A stretch of 63,967 bases of DNA, filler included, from Diploschistes diacapsis (lineage: Eukaryota), in the NCBI GenBank assembly GCA_023645945.1. It is 4 parts of 4 records of this genome, joined end to end, with 100 filler letters (N's around TTAATTAATTAA, not from the genome) between each part and the next. Parts side by side here need not be neighbours in the genome. Positions count along the whole stretch, not along the records: positions 33,392 to 49,971 come from JALAIB010000499.1; 3 more parts are not named here. One strand, written 5' to 3'. The number at the start of each line of letters is the position of its first letter. The first letter of the stretch is position 1. This document shows, in pieces, positions 33,392 through 46,000 of the stretch. A model generated the notes under the pieces. That model searched no databases. It was not told the DNA's origin and saw only the letters and a list, made by a program, of their open reading frames with translations. The position numbers were made by a program, and so were the translations under genes.

Positions 33392-36003
33392 TGGTGGTGG
33401 TGGTGGAGGAGGCGGGGGAAGAAGCGGTCGTAGTGTTTGCCGTAGCGGGGTGGGAGGCGGCAGACATATAGTTGGTGTTGGTATTGGCCGCCGCCGCCGC
33501 CGCCGCCATCGCTGCTGCAGCGGGTTCGACGCTCAGCCTGCGGACCTGGTGCGTTGCACGCGTCGAGGCGTTGAAAGGCGTGCCGCGCAGCTCCTGCCAG
33601 AGGAAGAGCAGCTCGTTGGCCTGGGTGATGCGCGCGAAGACGTTGGAGGCCACGCGGTGCATTTCCCGGGCGGAGACCGTGCCCGGTTCGGGCTCCGCGG
33701 GGTAGAATCGGTTGATGTAGAAGAGGATGGCGAGGTCGCCGACGGATTCGGAGCGGTTGGCATCGTTGTCGCGGAACAGAGGGTTTTCGTCGCCCGATAG
33801 TGAGAAGATGGTGCGGCGGAGCACAGGGGACCGCTTGCCGGCAATGTCCTTGGCTTTAGTGCGAGTCATGCGGCATGGTATGCCACGCTCAAAGACGGCC
33901 ACTTTGACGCGGAGGTTCGATAGCTCGTCGCCGCACAGAAAGAGGATTGCGGAAGAGGGGGCTTTGGTCACTACCAGGTTAATGACGTCGAAGCCGGCAC
34001 CGTACTCGGCATCCCAGTCGAAGTCGACTTGGTGATTTTCCTTGCCGAATGCGGTGATCATCGCCTCCATCTCAGCATTGTTGGCTGTCGATATGGCCCC
34101 GGCCGTTGCTTGAAACTTGGACTTCGCGCCTTGGCCCCAGATGCGGGTGCGGGGCCGGTTGGTAAAGGTACCGATGTTGCGGAAAGTGAGGGAAATGCGC
34201 TGGCCGCCGTAGGCGCGTTCTTCGTCGCTCTTTTCCGTCTGGGGGCGCTTGTCGGCCCGGACGCCGTGGAGCCATTTCGAGTTGGTCCGCGAGCCGAGGA
34301 CGAAGACGGAGTTATGTGGCATTGGGACTTTTTGTGAATTTCGAGGGGTCGAGGAACCGGCTTTTGCCTGAGCAGGGTGAAGGACCTTCTTGGTTCGTAG
34401 CGTCATATTGCGTTGCGCGCCGAGGCTTAGGTTGACGATGCTTGAGCCGCGTACGATGTCCAGAGTCTATGAAGTCTTTAGTGCGCTGCCTATTCAGTTC
34501 TGCGATCCTCTGCCATACCTTGTCAGCATGCTCGGAGATGTTGTCCTGGCCGTTTCGATAGAGCTGCAGCAAGCAGTGGTTGAATGGTTGCTTGAGCAGA
34601 ATCTGGATCTCGTCACATATCTTCCGCACCGTCGATGTAAAGTCCTGGAACCGAGGCGTCTCGTCAGCAGGGTGCCTATAAAGTGGGACAGCACCCTGGG
34701 TCCCGTATTCGCCCTGTACGGCGACTCTCCTGGGAACTTCCCCGTTCCTGTGCCTCATGATCTGCCAGTCAACCTCGTCCTTGACTAGCTTGAACGCATT
34801 TTCCGCCAGCCTCTTCGACAGAGCATTGTGTATTATTTGCGAATCACCCTCACCTATACGTTGGCCCGGCCCTAGTGTCGAGCTCGGCGTCCTTTTCTCG
34901 ATGCCATCCATTTCCGTTGGACTAGCGGAGCCCTCGGGCGATATTCTCCGACCAGGCTCTGGGAGGGTCTGTGCTTGCATCTTCAATTGCGTCTTTGCTT
35001 TCACGGCCTCGGACGAGCCGAGAGTAGTCTTCCTCAAATGCTCCCGTATGGTCCTAGATACAGGATCGGCCAGATCCGCGCGACTCCTAATGCCCTCCAG
35101 ACCTGGCCCCGAAAACAGGTTTGGATCGGCATCTGGCGGTATCCTGCCGCCCGACTCCTCTATGATCTCTTCGCTATCGATTCCGCTAACGCCGAGCAGG
35201 TCGGCCATTTTCTGCATTGCGTCGTAGTGACGTGCTTCGCTCCGGTATCCGATGCAGTCCTCAACAACCGTCACCTCGAAGCCATGCCGAACAGCATCAG
35301 CGGCCGTGGCATAAATCGAAATGTTGCTCAACGAGCCTGCGAGATAGATGTGGGTAACTAGTTTCATACGGAGGGAGACCAGTAGAGGGGTCGCATCGAA
35401 TGCGGAGTAATGGTTCTTGACCAGGATGATATCGTTCGACTCGTCGATGTTTGCCAGCGTATCCGGAGTGAACTCGGCGCCGCGAGTACCGGGAACGTAG
35501 ACGATGGCAGACGTGCCTTTTCGGGGCTTGTCAAGGTAGGCGTCACCTTCTTCGTCGCTTTTGAAACCCTCGGCTTCTTCCTCGCGGAAGTCAGCCCTCG
35601 CTTTCTCCGATGCCTTCCTCATCTGAGCCTTTAACCGGCTAGAGGGGAAATAGCCGACTATGGTTCCGCCATCGATCTGTCTCGACCTGAACTCGGCCTC
35701 GGTAAGATCGTCTATGGTAAGCCTGGCGGTGCGATCCTCGTTGACCTCCTCAGATTCCACTTCCGGCGGTGCAGACTGGGATTTAGTTTCCGTGTCGGAG
35801 CCCCCAAACTCAGTTCGTACCCATATGATATCGCCCATACGCCTGAAGCAGGGGACGACTTTTTGGATGGTGTCTCGGAAGTCTTGAGGTTCGCAGACTG
35901 CAACACCTCCCCGTCGCTCGAAGGTGTCATTTTGCATATTAGTTATTATCATAGCCTTCTTCGTCTCGAATTTCGGCATATTGGCTTGCAGTGCGGCGAA
36001 CAT
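33392..36003 (-). CDS. Isochorismatase-like + AlkB-type 2OG-Fe(II) dioxygenase fusion, 3' truncated
   Basis: NMQND, VKNHYSAF, YATAADAVRHGFEVTVVEDCIGYR; then VPRRVAVQG, LLQLYRNGQDNISEHADK, intron, TLDIVRGS, WLHGVRADKR, RISLTFR. Confidence 0.88.
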
Positions 36004-37088
36004 TTGGACAATATTGCCGGAAACGAATACTTGGAAACCAAAATGGGAGGAGGCCGAAGATGGCTTTCAACATTTGAGTTGAACGGCTGGTCGAGGGCAA
36101 AGAGAGAGAGGGGGGGAGGGAGGGAGCGAGAGAGAGAGAGCGAGAGAGAGAGCGCGGAGCGGAAACCCTCCGCAGCCGGCCGTCCTTTCTTCCGTGGGTG
36201 GACGGTAAAAGATTTTGAAGATCAGCGCATGGAACAGCGACAGTAGTCTACTAGTGATTGGCAAATGTAGAATACCTCCGTAGCTGCCAGGGACCAAGCG
36301 CGGCTGTAATATGATGGTGGAGGGGTTCCGTGGGGTACTGTCGGAACGTTCAGAGAGGTAACGAGGATAGGCCCAAAAAAGAAAAAGAGGTTGAGCCTGG
36401 TGCGCGCTGATGGCGGAGAGGTACACACTGACCACACGGTAGTTTAGCCGGGGCAGCACGGGTAGAGGCAAGCGTGCTAGCCAGTCCGACCAATTTTGAA
36501 TATGCGTCTCGCGGTTATGAGATGGGGGTCAAACGGTCCAGCCCAGCAACACAGTCAATAAGGAGACTGATACTAATCTGGCAATGGCTCCCCTCTGATA
36601 GAGGTTGATGGGAGTTGACGGTATATCGACGTTGTTGAGGTTGCATACAGTAATAAAAAAGCGTAGCCGCACCCCTCTTTCAAATTAGCAGCAGATAGAT
36701 TGCCTTCGAAGGTAGACGGTAAAAAGGACCACGACGGCAAGCACCAGCACAGAGATCAATAACGGAAGCCGAAGCAAGAGCCATTTGCCGGCCTTTGTTG
36801 CGCAAACAATGGAAGATAATAGTACCTCGACTCTGAGGTGCTGAGGGAGAATATGATAGGGAGGACGCACCAAAGTACAAGGTGGTCCGCCAAGCAAAAT
36901 AAAGGTGTTTCCGGAGTTTGATTGATGTTGGTGTACTATCTTAGTAGGTATACACAAAACTTGAAGGGGTGGGGCAAAGGAGGAGGTTAACGGTGATGGA
37001 GATGCAGATGCAGACTGGAACAGTTCTATAAGGGTCAAGTAACCTTGCACAAACTGCATGTAACTGACCGGGGGCATCGCTGAACAGG

Positions 37089-37112
37089 ATATATATATAT
37101 ATATATATATAT
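37089..37112. repeat. (TA)n microsatellite
   Basis: Directly visible. Confidence 0.9.
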
Positions 37113-38592
37113 GCGAGACCACAGGGCAAAGGACGGAGGATCACATGACTGGAAAGGGGGCACTTGGTTCAGAAGTGGTTTTTAGTTCGCACTTCAGATT
37201 CCGTAGTGGAGTGGACGGCTTCGCGTATATTCAGTTGTAGAAAGAAATGCTATATTGTAGTCCCAAACCGCTATTGTATGATACAAAGGTAGTAAGTTAC
37301 CCTAAAGAAGAAGCTGCGTTGTACTCTATACTGCAGCGGCGGAGCTTCAACCAGACAGCCAACCAATTTCGGCTCGCGAAGTGATATTTGCTTTCAATCC
37401 ATTTCTCTTCCGCCATCTATCACCGTGACTAGCGTGACTGCATGGGATTGCACCTGTCCCAAGGTACCTTATTGTGCTGGTCCCCGATCTTTTCGCACCC
37501 TGGCAAACAAGATTCGAGTATCGGGGGTCGAAGCCATGCAGGCAGCTGCAGCCCACCCTGAAGGAGCCACTTGATCAGTTGAAAAGCCCATGTAGCGCTG
37601 TTGTATATCCATACCTGGCCTCTCACAAACCCGCCATCTCGCTCAAGCCTCGATGGCCTCCTCCCTTAAGAGAGCTAGCATTTACCCTATCGTAGCACAT
37701 TGGCAGCACAGCACCAAACAAGAAATAACCATTCCATTCCGGCGCTTGCGCGGTCAGCAATCAATGCCAGCTCAGCAAACGTCCCCACAGGATCTGCATG
37801 CTGCAATGTGATAAGTTCTGCTTTGATTCTTATGCGTGTGTGTGTGTCTGTGAGTGGAGTCTGAGCCACCGTCGTTCTTCTCTCAAGATTGTAGTCGTGC
37901 AGCGGACAATTTCCGCTGTAGTTCCGCCGACCTTCTAGTCCCCTTTTTTGCTTTTTGACAGATGCTGCACTATTAAACTATAAACTATTAAATATTATCA
38001 TTCAGTGCTATGTGGCTCAGCTGTGGCTTGCTTCATTCTTAACTACGCTTAACCGAAGGGGGACAAACACAAACACGTAGAAGTAGTGCGACCCCGTCTA
38101 AGTCGGTGTGCACAACAACACACACCCTCGCTGTCTAGTAATAGGCACACAATGCTTCATTCCGTGAGTAGGGAAGCCATCCATCATGCCAATTTATGTA
38201 CCATCAAGGCGCAAACAACACTCAGCGAAGCCTTCAAGCTCTACCAGGAGGGGCGGGTCAAAACTCCGTCGAACACTCCTTGGTGCACATGGAGTTATTG
38301 TGTCCATGGACTTTCCATAATCCACTGGTAATCTTTTCACACAACGGCTAATAGTTGCTGCAAAGAACATGGACTTTCACCAAAGATCTCACGACCAAAG
38401 TATAGCGATGCGGATTCGTGATCGCTGCGAGCTTGTTCTCGGAGGCATTTCCCGTGGCAGGATTCGAGTGCTGCGCTGCGCATGTGGATTCCGCAGTCAA
38501 TATTGACCTGAAGCTTTCTGCAGTGCTACGGCACAACAATCTAGCAAGTGGTCAGATGCGCCAGCAAAATGCCTCCAAGCTGGCATTGGAGT

Positions 38593-39999
38593 TTACTTGT
38601 TAAAGAAGCTGGTAATCCTTTGATTTCCGTCCCCGGCCTTGGAAGGACTCGACTTCGGAATTGTTCCGTTGCTGGTTGAGCTTCTTAGCTTCTTCTTCAC
38701 TGGACTGGGCCCTCTTGCTGGCTTGAAATCTTCCTGTGATGCCGCTTTGCTCCCTGAAGACAAAATCTTCTCGTCTGCTTCATCCAGGGACCGCTTCGTA
38801 CTTTGCTTTGGCGAAGCCTTAGGCTGAGGCATTGGAGCATTGTCTTCGCTTCTTGGTGGGTTTACTGTTTTCCGATCATCTTTATTGCTTCCCTGCTCGC
38901 GTGCATGATCCGGTGCTGCTTCACTCTTCATTTCACTACTGTCCTTCGGGTTCTTCTTTGTCTTGTCTGCATTGGCAAAGAAGTTTGCGATGTTGCCCTT
39001 GTTTTGCGTGCTAGCCACGGGAACAATAAAATCAGGAGTATTGTTGCCAACTTTCCCCACGTCCTTGTTCACGGCGTAACAGTCTAGCTCACCGTCGAAT
39101 GGCTTCAGCAGGGACTGCAGTTCCTTGCTCCACTCTGTCAGCTTGGGGTCCAGCCAAGTTCGTATCTGTTCCGAGCCGTTCTCAAGCATCACGGGCATTC
39201 GATCATGCAAGAAGTTCAGCTGCTTGTTCGAGTCGGTCGTGATGATAGTGTAGGTATACACCTTCTCGTCAGAACCTAGCCACTTTAGCCTCATGGGGAA
39301 CTAGCGCTGAACCACACAGACCTTCATACTGGACGCAGTCCCACAGTCCAGCAAAGCACATCAGCTTGTTGTCTCTGCGCTTGACATAGTGCGGTATCTT
39401 TTCCTTCCCACCATTTTTCTTAAGCCACTCGTAGAACCCCTGGGCCAACACGATGCAGCGTTTCTTCTTCTTCATTGACGTCCACATGCCTCGGTTCTCG
39501 AGCAGAGAGTCGTCGCGGCAGTTGATGGTTCTCATCATGCTTCCGTATTCTGGGTTTCTCTTGGTCCAGAAAGGGATCAGGCCTGCAAGAGTCAGTAGGC
39601 TTCCTACATCACTCTAACTCACGGCGAGTATTTACCCCATCTCATAGCCTGAAGCTTGTACCTGGTGTCGTCCCCATTGAGCGGCAATGTTCCTTTATCC
39701 ACAGTACTTTCAACCTCGGCTTGTTCCGTGTCTCCAATGGTTGGCTCCGTTGAACCCGCATTCCTTTGTAGATCCGTGCTGGCGATTTCTGGCTGCTGGT
39801 CGTCTGCATCTTCTTCCTCAGCCCTTGCGCCGATGTCTGGCACATTTGCCCTATATACAAGCCCGTTGTACCCTGGAGCGAAATTGTAGGTCTCGCGAGT
39901 CTCGTCATCTTCCGCCCAATCATCTACCTGCATATTATCTTGTTGAAGTTGGCGACGGACAAAGGCAGCCCGAATGCCGAGCGCATAGCGGCCGCACAT
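38593..39999 (-). CDS. SRAP-domain abasic-site processing protein (HMCES/YedK/DUF159 family), 3 exons
   Basis: N-terminal MCGRY, YNFAPG, MRWG|LIPFW, INCRDDSL, RCIVLAQGFYEW, FAGLWD, LHDRMPV. Introns 39583-39635 and 39276-39321. Confidence 0.95.
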
Positions 40000-40448
40000 G
40001 TCGGAAATGTCGACTATCAGTTCTCTTAGAGACTCAAGACCTGGCTGGGGGATCAGGAGCTGCAGAGATAGACACCGTGGGCGTGAGAGTAGGCAATCTT
40101 CAGGGAATAAAAGTTTTGGATTGCCTACGAGGAGGATTCATCAATGTCTCCAAACGTGAGACTACCTCATGATCGCTACCACTGATGCTACATAAAAAGA
40201 ATAAATTCATGCTCTTGTTTTGCAGTGATTCACATATCGAATCTACCGTAAAAAGTCAGATGCGAACTCTCAGATGGTATTGCGACCTCTCCAGCAGGAC
40301 TTAAGCTCTCTACGTCATTTGCGGTCGTAGGGCTGAGAGCTCAGAGCTTCATAATTGATTCGCTGAAGCTTTTTCGACACTTTTAACAGTTTATCAGGCC
40401 TCGTATTTACTGCCAATATCAAAAGTAGGGTTGCGAGAAGCAGTCAAT

Positions 40449-41901
40449 ATGTTCCTTTGCACAGCTTTCAGAAGCCTCCAGCCTCCCTCAAAGGCGTGTC
40501 TGAAGCAAAGTACCTTTCGACTCTACCTCGCTCCGCAGCCCCCATCCACTCTCACGAGGCAATCTTTCCGCGGATACTCCACACGTCAGCAGCAAGCCTT
40601 CCGGCGCACTCCCATGTTGCGGCTTCTCTTCTCTGTCACACGAAAACCCGTTCAACAGCCTCTCCGCTGTTCCAGCTACTTTACTCGTGAAGCACGCAAG
40701 ACCTGGCATGTCCTCAAAGTCACATTCTTCGAGCACCCTTTCCAAGTGACCCTCGCCTTGTCCGGGTACCTCCTCCCTTCCCCGCCCCATTCTCCAATCC
40801 TTACCCTCTGGTCCGCCTCTCTGACATACCCCCAGCATCTTCATGTGCTTCGTCCTGTTCGTCCTCTACGTCCGCTATCACCTCCGCGTTATCACTCCAC
40901 TGTCGGCCGTCTACCCCGAGCCCGTCCTTAAACAGCTGAAGCGCGCCCTCTACTACACTAATATCGATCACAATCCCGTCAAGGCCACCCAATACTTCAA
41001 GCGCTGCTTCGACGCCGCCCACGAGATGGGTGTCTCTTCGGCTTCGGCGGAGATGATCGACATCAAGTGGATTATGGCTGGGATGCTGTGCAAGTTCGAC
41101 CAGTATCACGCGGCCATCATGGTGCTCAAGAGTGTGGACCACGACTGCTACATGTGGAACGCCAAGATCAACCGGGATGCGAAGAACCTTCACCGCACGC
41201 GCCTACTAAGGGCGCGCATCGCAGCGTGTTGTAAGATCGGCGAGTACGCAGCGCACGAGCTCGTCAACGACATGGAGATGGCGGAGGAGTACTTTATATC
41301 CGCGACGCAGCTCTCTTTGGCGGAAATGGACCGGCGGGAACGCGAGGGCGTCGGCGAGAACGAGGGCGAGTTCATCACCCAGGAGGCCGTGGCGAATACC
41401 TTGGAGAACCTGGCGGATACGTTTGAGGCCAAGAGCAACCACGCCCTGGCTGCGCCGCTGTACCTGAGAGCTGTCACCCTGATGCCCAAGAGCTGCCATA
41501 CCGCCGTGCTGATGAACAACTTGGCAAGCTCGCTGGCTCAGACCCTACCGGAGCAGGCAGCGGGCGTGGCACAGGTAGGGGCCGCGGAGGTACCGGCTAT
41601 GTCCCGAGACATGCTGATTCAAAGTGCGCGGGCGTGGGCGGAGAAGGCGATCAGGATGACGGCTGCCATACCGCCACCAGAGAGGACGGAGGAGTGCGAG
41701 GTGGGTTGTGCCGTGGCCACGCACAACCTGGGCGAGTTCGCAGAAATGGAGGGGCTGGTGGAGGAAGCGAGGAAGATGTATGTCGAGGCGGAGAGTCTGG
41801 CCAAGGCGATTAAGTTCAGCGAGGGCGTTGACAATGCAAAGGCTGGATTGAAGAGACTCGAGAAGAAGGCGGGCGGTGGGGTGGAGATACGCAATGGGTG
41901 A
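40449..41901 (+). CDS. Mitochondrial TPR membrane protein (Mgr3-like), 2 exons
   Basis: Arg/Ser-rich presequence, TM segment across intron 40766-40835, YPEPVLKQLKRALYYTN, TPR-like helices (MNNLASSLAQ, CAVATHNLGEFAEM). Confidence 0.8.
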
Positions 41902-43066
41902 ATTGAGTATGAGTGAAAAGGGCGCTGTTATTGAGGTGGTAATGAAGTGATATCTGCGCGTGTATATCCACACGGGGCTTCAAGTTGTTTATGGCAGGGA
42001 GAAGAGATTAAGCTGGAGCTGGAGCTGTGCACAGCCGCCGCTGCCGGTATCAGGCGCAATGCGCCCCTTTCGGGACTCCTCTTCCGGGGAAACGAGGGAC
42101 ACCGAAAAATAACGCTCCTGCTTTCTCGAACTAAACGCTCATTGCTTATGCATCCCGACAATGGAAGGATGGCGCTCGCTTGACCCTACTCCTCGCAGAT
42201 TCAAGTCGAGGAGAGGGTAGGCCAGGGGTGGTGCTGGGGCTTTGCAAGTAGTGGTGTTGGAGGTGGTCATGGTCATGGTTCACAGAAGCGAGGGAGAGTT
42301 ATCTACACGCTGGTGTCGCTGTGCCACGCCACATCATATCATGTTAAGTATTGTCCATGACAGGTAGCACAATAGGAGGGTGAGAGAACAATCGATCCCA
42401 TAACCTTCCTTTTATCCATCAATGTAGAAATAGTATATATACTGTATATAGTACTGCTTCAAGTAGAAAGTTAAGGCTAGCGATAGAGGGATAGTCCAAT
42501 TCTATATAAGAATATCCCAACTCTATACGAAGATATAAGCGAAAGCACCACTCCAGTATGTCTTGAATTGATGCCTACTACTACATTAATAATTTAGTTT
42601 CGCCAATATTCCGGCTTGTATCCACCTTGGCTTTAGCTTGGGAAAACTTGGCACAAACATGATTAGTGAAACTAGAGTTACAATCATTTTATTATTAGTC
42701 TTTGCTCAACTCTTAGCATCAGATACTCCTTTTTGTATGTGAGCTAGAGAGATCTATCTGTCTTCTAACATCTGGAGCATGACTAGAGGCTGTATCTAAG
42801 CCAACTTCAAGTTACGGCCCGCTGTCAGGCTATTACGAAAACCCCTTGATAGCTGCCCATCTCCTTTCCAAAGGCACCTCCTCGTCTCTCCAATCATAAG
42901 AACTACCTACCACTCAGCCTCTTGATCATCTCACTAACATGGACATTGAAACATATTGAACGCAGTAGCACATAACCGTTGCTGCTTCACGCTACGCTAC
43001 AAGCCGCATTGAAACCCTACCAATGCAAGCTGTGCCGCACCTTTGGCACCAGAAGCAGTAGCAAAG

Positions 43067-46000
43067 ATGGGCAGAAAAGACAATGTGTCCAAAGCTACGA
43101 GCCGCCAGCCTCTGGGTGCTACCACACCACACCAGTCGGTTGAGAAGCAGTACGACGCTTCTCCGCCTCGCACCCCTCCGGCGCAGATCGGTCGAGCTAG
43201 GAAGCCAAGAGGAGGAGCCAGTGCGCCTTGGACGCGGCCCTCGCTTCAGGATGCCTTTGGCGATGAGATGAACGAAATCACAAACCAGCATGGCAGGAAC
43301 AGGAGTAATTCTCACGACCTGTCATGGTCGCCCAAAAATGCTCGACACTCGGTCGTAGACAATATGCTGCTCTCTTTGGATAGGTTCGGCGTCGCATCTG
43401 GATCATCGCGTGATACCATACTCCCATATGCCGATGACACGCGATATATGCCTGTGCAACGAGGCTTCGGATCCTCCATTGGCCGTCCTCGGGGCCACAC
43501 CACTTCTTCTTCTGTCTCCTCCGATTACAGTCTCCGCGCAGAATCGCCACTCTCTGCCCAAAATCGGGCCCACCGAAGCAACAGCAACAGCAACTATCAA
43601 ACCTCCCTCGGCCGCATTGACAGCATCCGTCTTCCTGAGAACGAGGCGGCCGGAAACAACGGTTCGAGAGGTTTGATGGACGGTCAGAAAGAGAGGGCTA
43701 TCGCAGGTCAAGGGAACCTAAGCAAAGCTGGAAAGAGAAGTACTGCTTTGAATTCAGATGCCAATCGAACCTATGGTGGTATGTCAAGACCGCAAGTACC
43801 ACCAGGAAGACGTTCGGCTAGCTTCGATAATGGTTACAAGCAGTCGGAACTTTCGAGAAAAGCCCTGGGCTCTGTCGAAAGCCAGAACCCTTACCTCTAC
43901 GGCGACATTGAAGCTGCCCCAACTCCCACGATTCCTGCTGGGCCTCGCAAAGAACATGAAGGACCGCCTTCTTCAAGCTTCACTGCAGGCTCTTCGCTGT
44001 TGAGTACACAGCCCCCGCCCGCTCGCCGAAGGAGTAGTGTAAGGAACCCGGTAGCCCTGTTTGCTCATAATGACCGATTGGAAGTTTCGGATGGTCAAAA
44101 TACTGATCAGGGCTCTCAAACGCTCACGAAGTGTAATACTCAGTCAACCGATGCCAGCGGTCAGAATCCGGTCACTCCCGTGAAGAACTATCCTCTCCCT
44201 CCGAGCACAGCTACCTCTGCATCTACCTCAAGAGAGAAGGAAAGACCCGGTTTCTTTAAGCGCGTCTTTGGCTCTTCGAGAGGCACACCTACTTCGTACA
44301 ATGAATCCACAATCTCCAAAAAGCAAGCATATCCTCAGAGTGGTACAAGGACAACAGGCCGAGTGGACAGCTTGCCCATAGGTGCCGGCCTACCCGGAAA
44401 GTCGATGGCTCCCAACCCACAGCAAGCGCAAACCTTGCCGAAAACAGGTGCAAAAGATAGAAATACATCAAAGGATACACCGACACTCAATAAGAAGACC
44501 TCGTTTTTTAGGCGAAGAAGGAAGTCGATACAAGAACCAGTTGACGCCATCCCAGTGCTTCCGTCTCAGTCTCACACAGCCTGCTCGGACCAGCAGATGG
44601 ACTGGCCGAGTCTGGTGCCACCTGACAGACCCACGGTTGAACAGCATCCCGATAGCCCAAGCAGTCTACGTAGAGTGATGAACCCTTATTTGGACAACCA
44701 CAGAAGACTCGAAAGCATAAACAGCGTTGATACATCTGAAAGTGCGAGGAAGAATAGACAGCTTCCAACTAGTAATGCTTACTCTACGATACGCACCGTC
44801 ACAGCTACAAATACCGTGACAGCTGGCCTTGCGAAAACTACCAACACAGTTTCTTCAGCATCTACTGAAGCCGAGTCATCTCCCTCGACAACTGTACGGG
44901 ACCGCGCTCGGGTGCAGCATAAGAGAGCCAGTTCTGGCGAGGACAGGGTACCAGCAGGCCAGCGTCCACCAAGAAAAAGTCTGGCGGAAAGCTTTGGACA
45001 CAGTCCATCCCATACAAGAACACAGTCTGATATCGACAAGGATCTGCCGAGACTACCTATCGATTACAATGCAGTTGCACCTACCTCCGGGAAAGAGGCT
45101 CTAATAACATCCTCAGATCAGCCAAGCGACAAGCCAGGATCAACGGAAGAAGACAGCGCTGATGTCGCCAAGCCTAGTGTTCGAAAGAACTCTGAACATA
45201 ACCTCCCATTGCCCGAGCGTACTTCAAGCCAGCAACAGTGGCATGGTCCTGCAACATCTGACCCCAGGGCCAATCCGGATGTTCTACCACGAAATTACGA
45301 CTCTGCTTTGAGCGACAATAAATCGGCATTTTCAAAGCCAGTATCGCCCACGTCTACGGCCCCTGCAATTTCAAACCTAGCAGACGAAAGGCTAGAGGCG
45401 ATCAGCTTCCCGTCAGTGGATCCATTCGAACCTCTGCCCGAGCATCGTGCATTTGCAGAGAAGCTCTTCGCCGGTACAGCAAATATCGACCGAGCGGAAG
45501 TAGCTCCTTGGTTGGGCGAGTTGGGACCAGACCGCGCAAAAACAAGGCGAGCATATATGGAGCTCTTCGACTGGAAGGATTTGAGTATTCTCGCCGCTCT
45601 TCGTGGATTCTGCAGCTCCGTGCAGCTCAAGGGAGAGACGCAGCAGGTGGATCGACTACTGGATTCGATTTCAAGTCGTTGGTGCGACTGCAATCCGAGT
45701 CACGGGTTCAAGGCAACAGGTGCGATATTTGATGCTGTCCCTGAACTACGCTAATCGGTGCAGATGTTGTTCATACGATCTGCTACTCCGTACTATTACT
45801 GAATACCGACCTGCATCTCGCCGATATCGAATCCAAAATGACCCGAAGCCAATTCATCAGAAACACAATGCCTACTATACGCAGAGTTGTGGAAGATGCT
45901 GCCCCCAATGCTTTCGATAACGCTCGAGCATCCATGCTCCCTCCGCCCAGGCGCCCCCAGCTTTTGGGCGAGCAAGGATCCTCAAATTCTAGATACAGTA

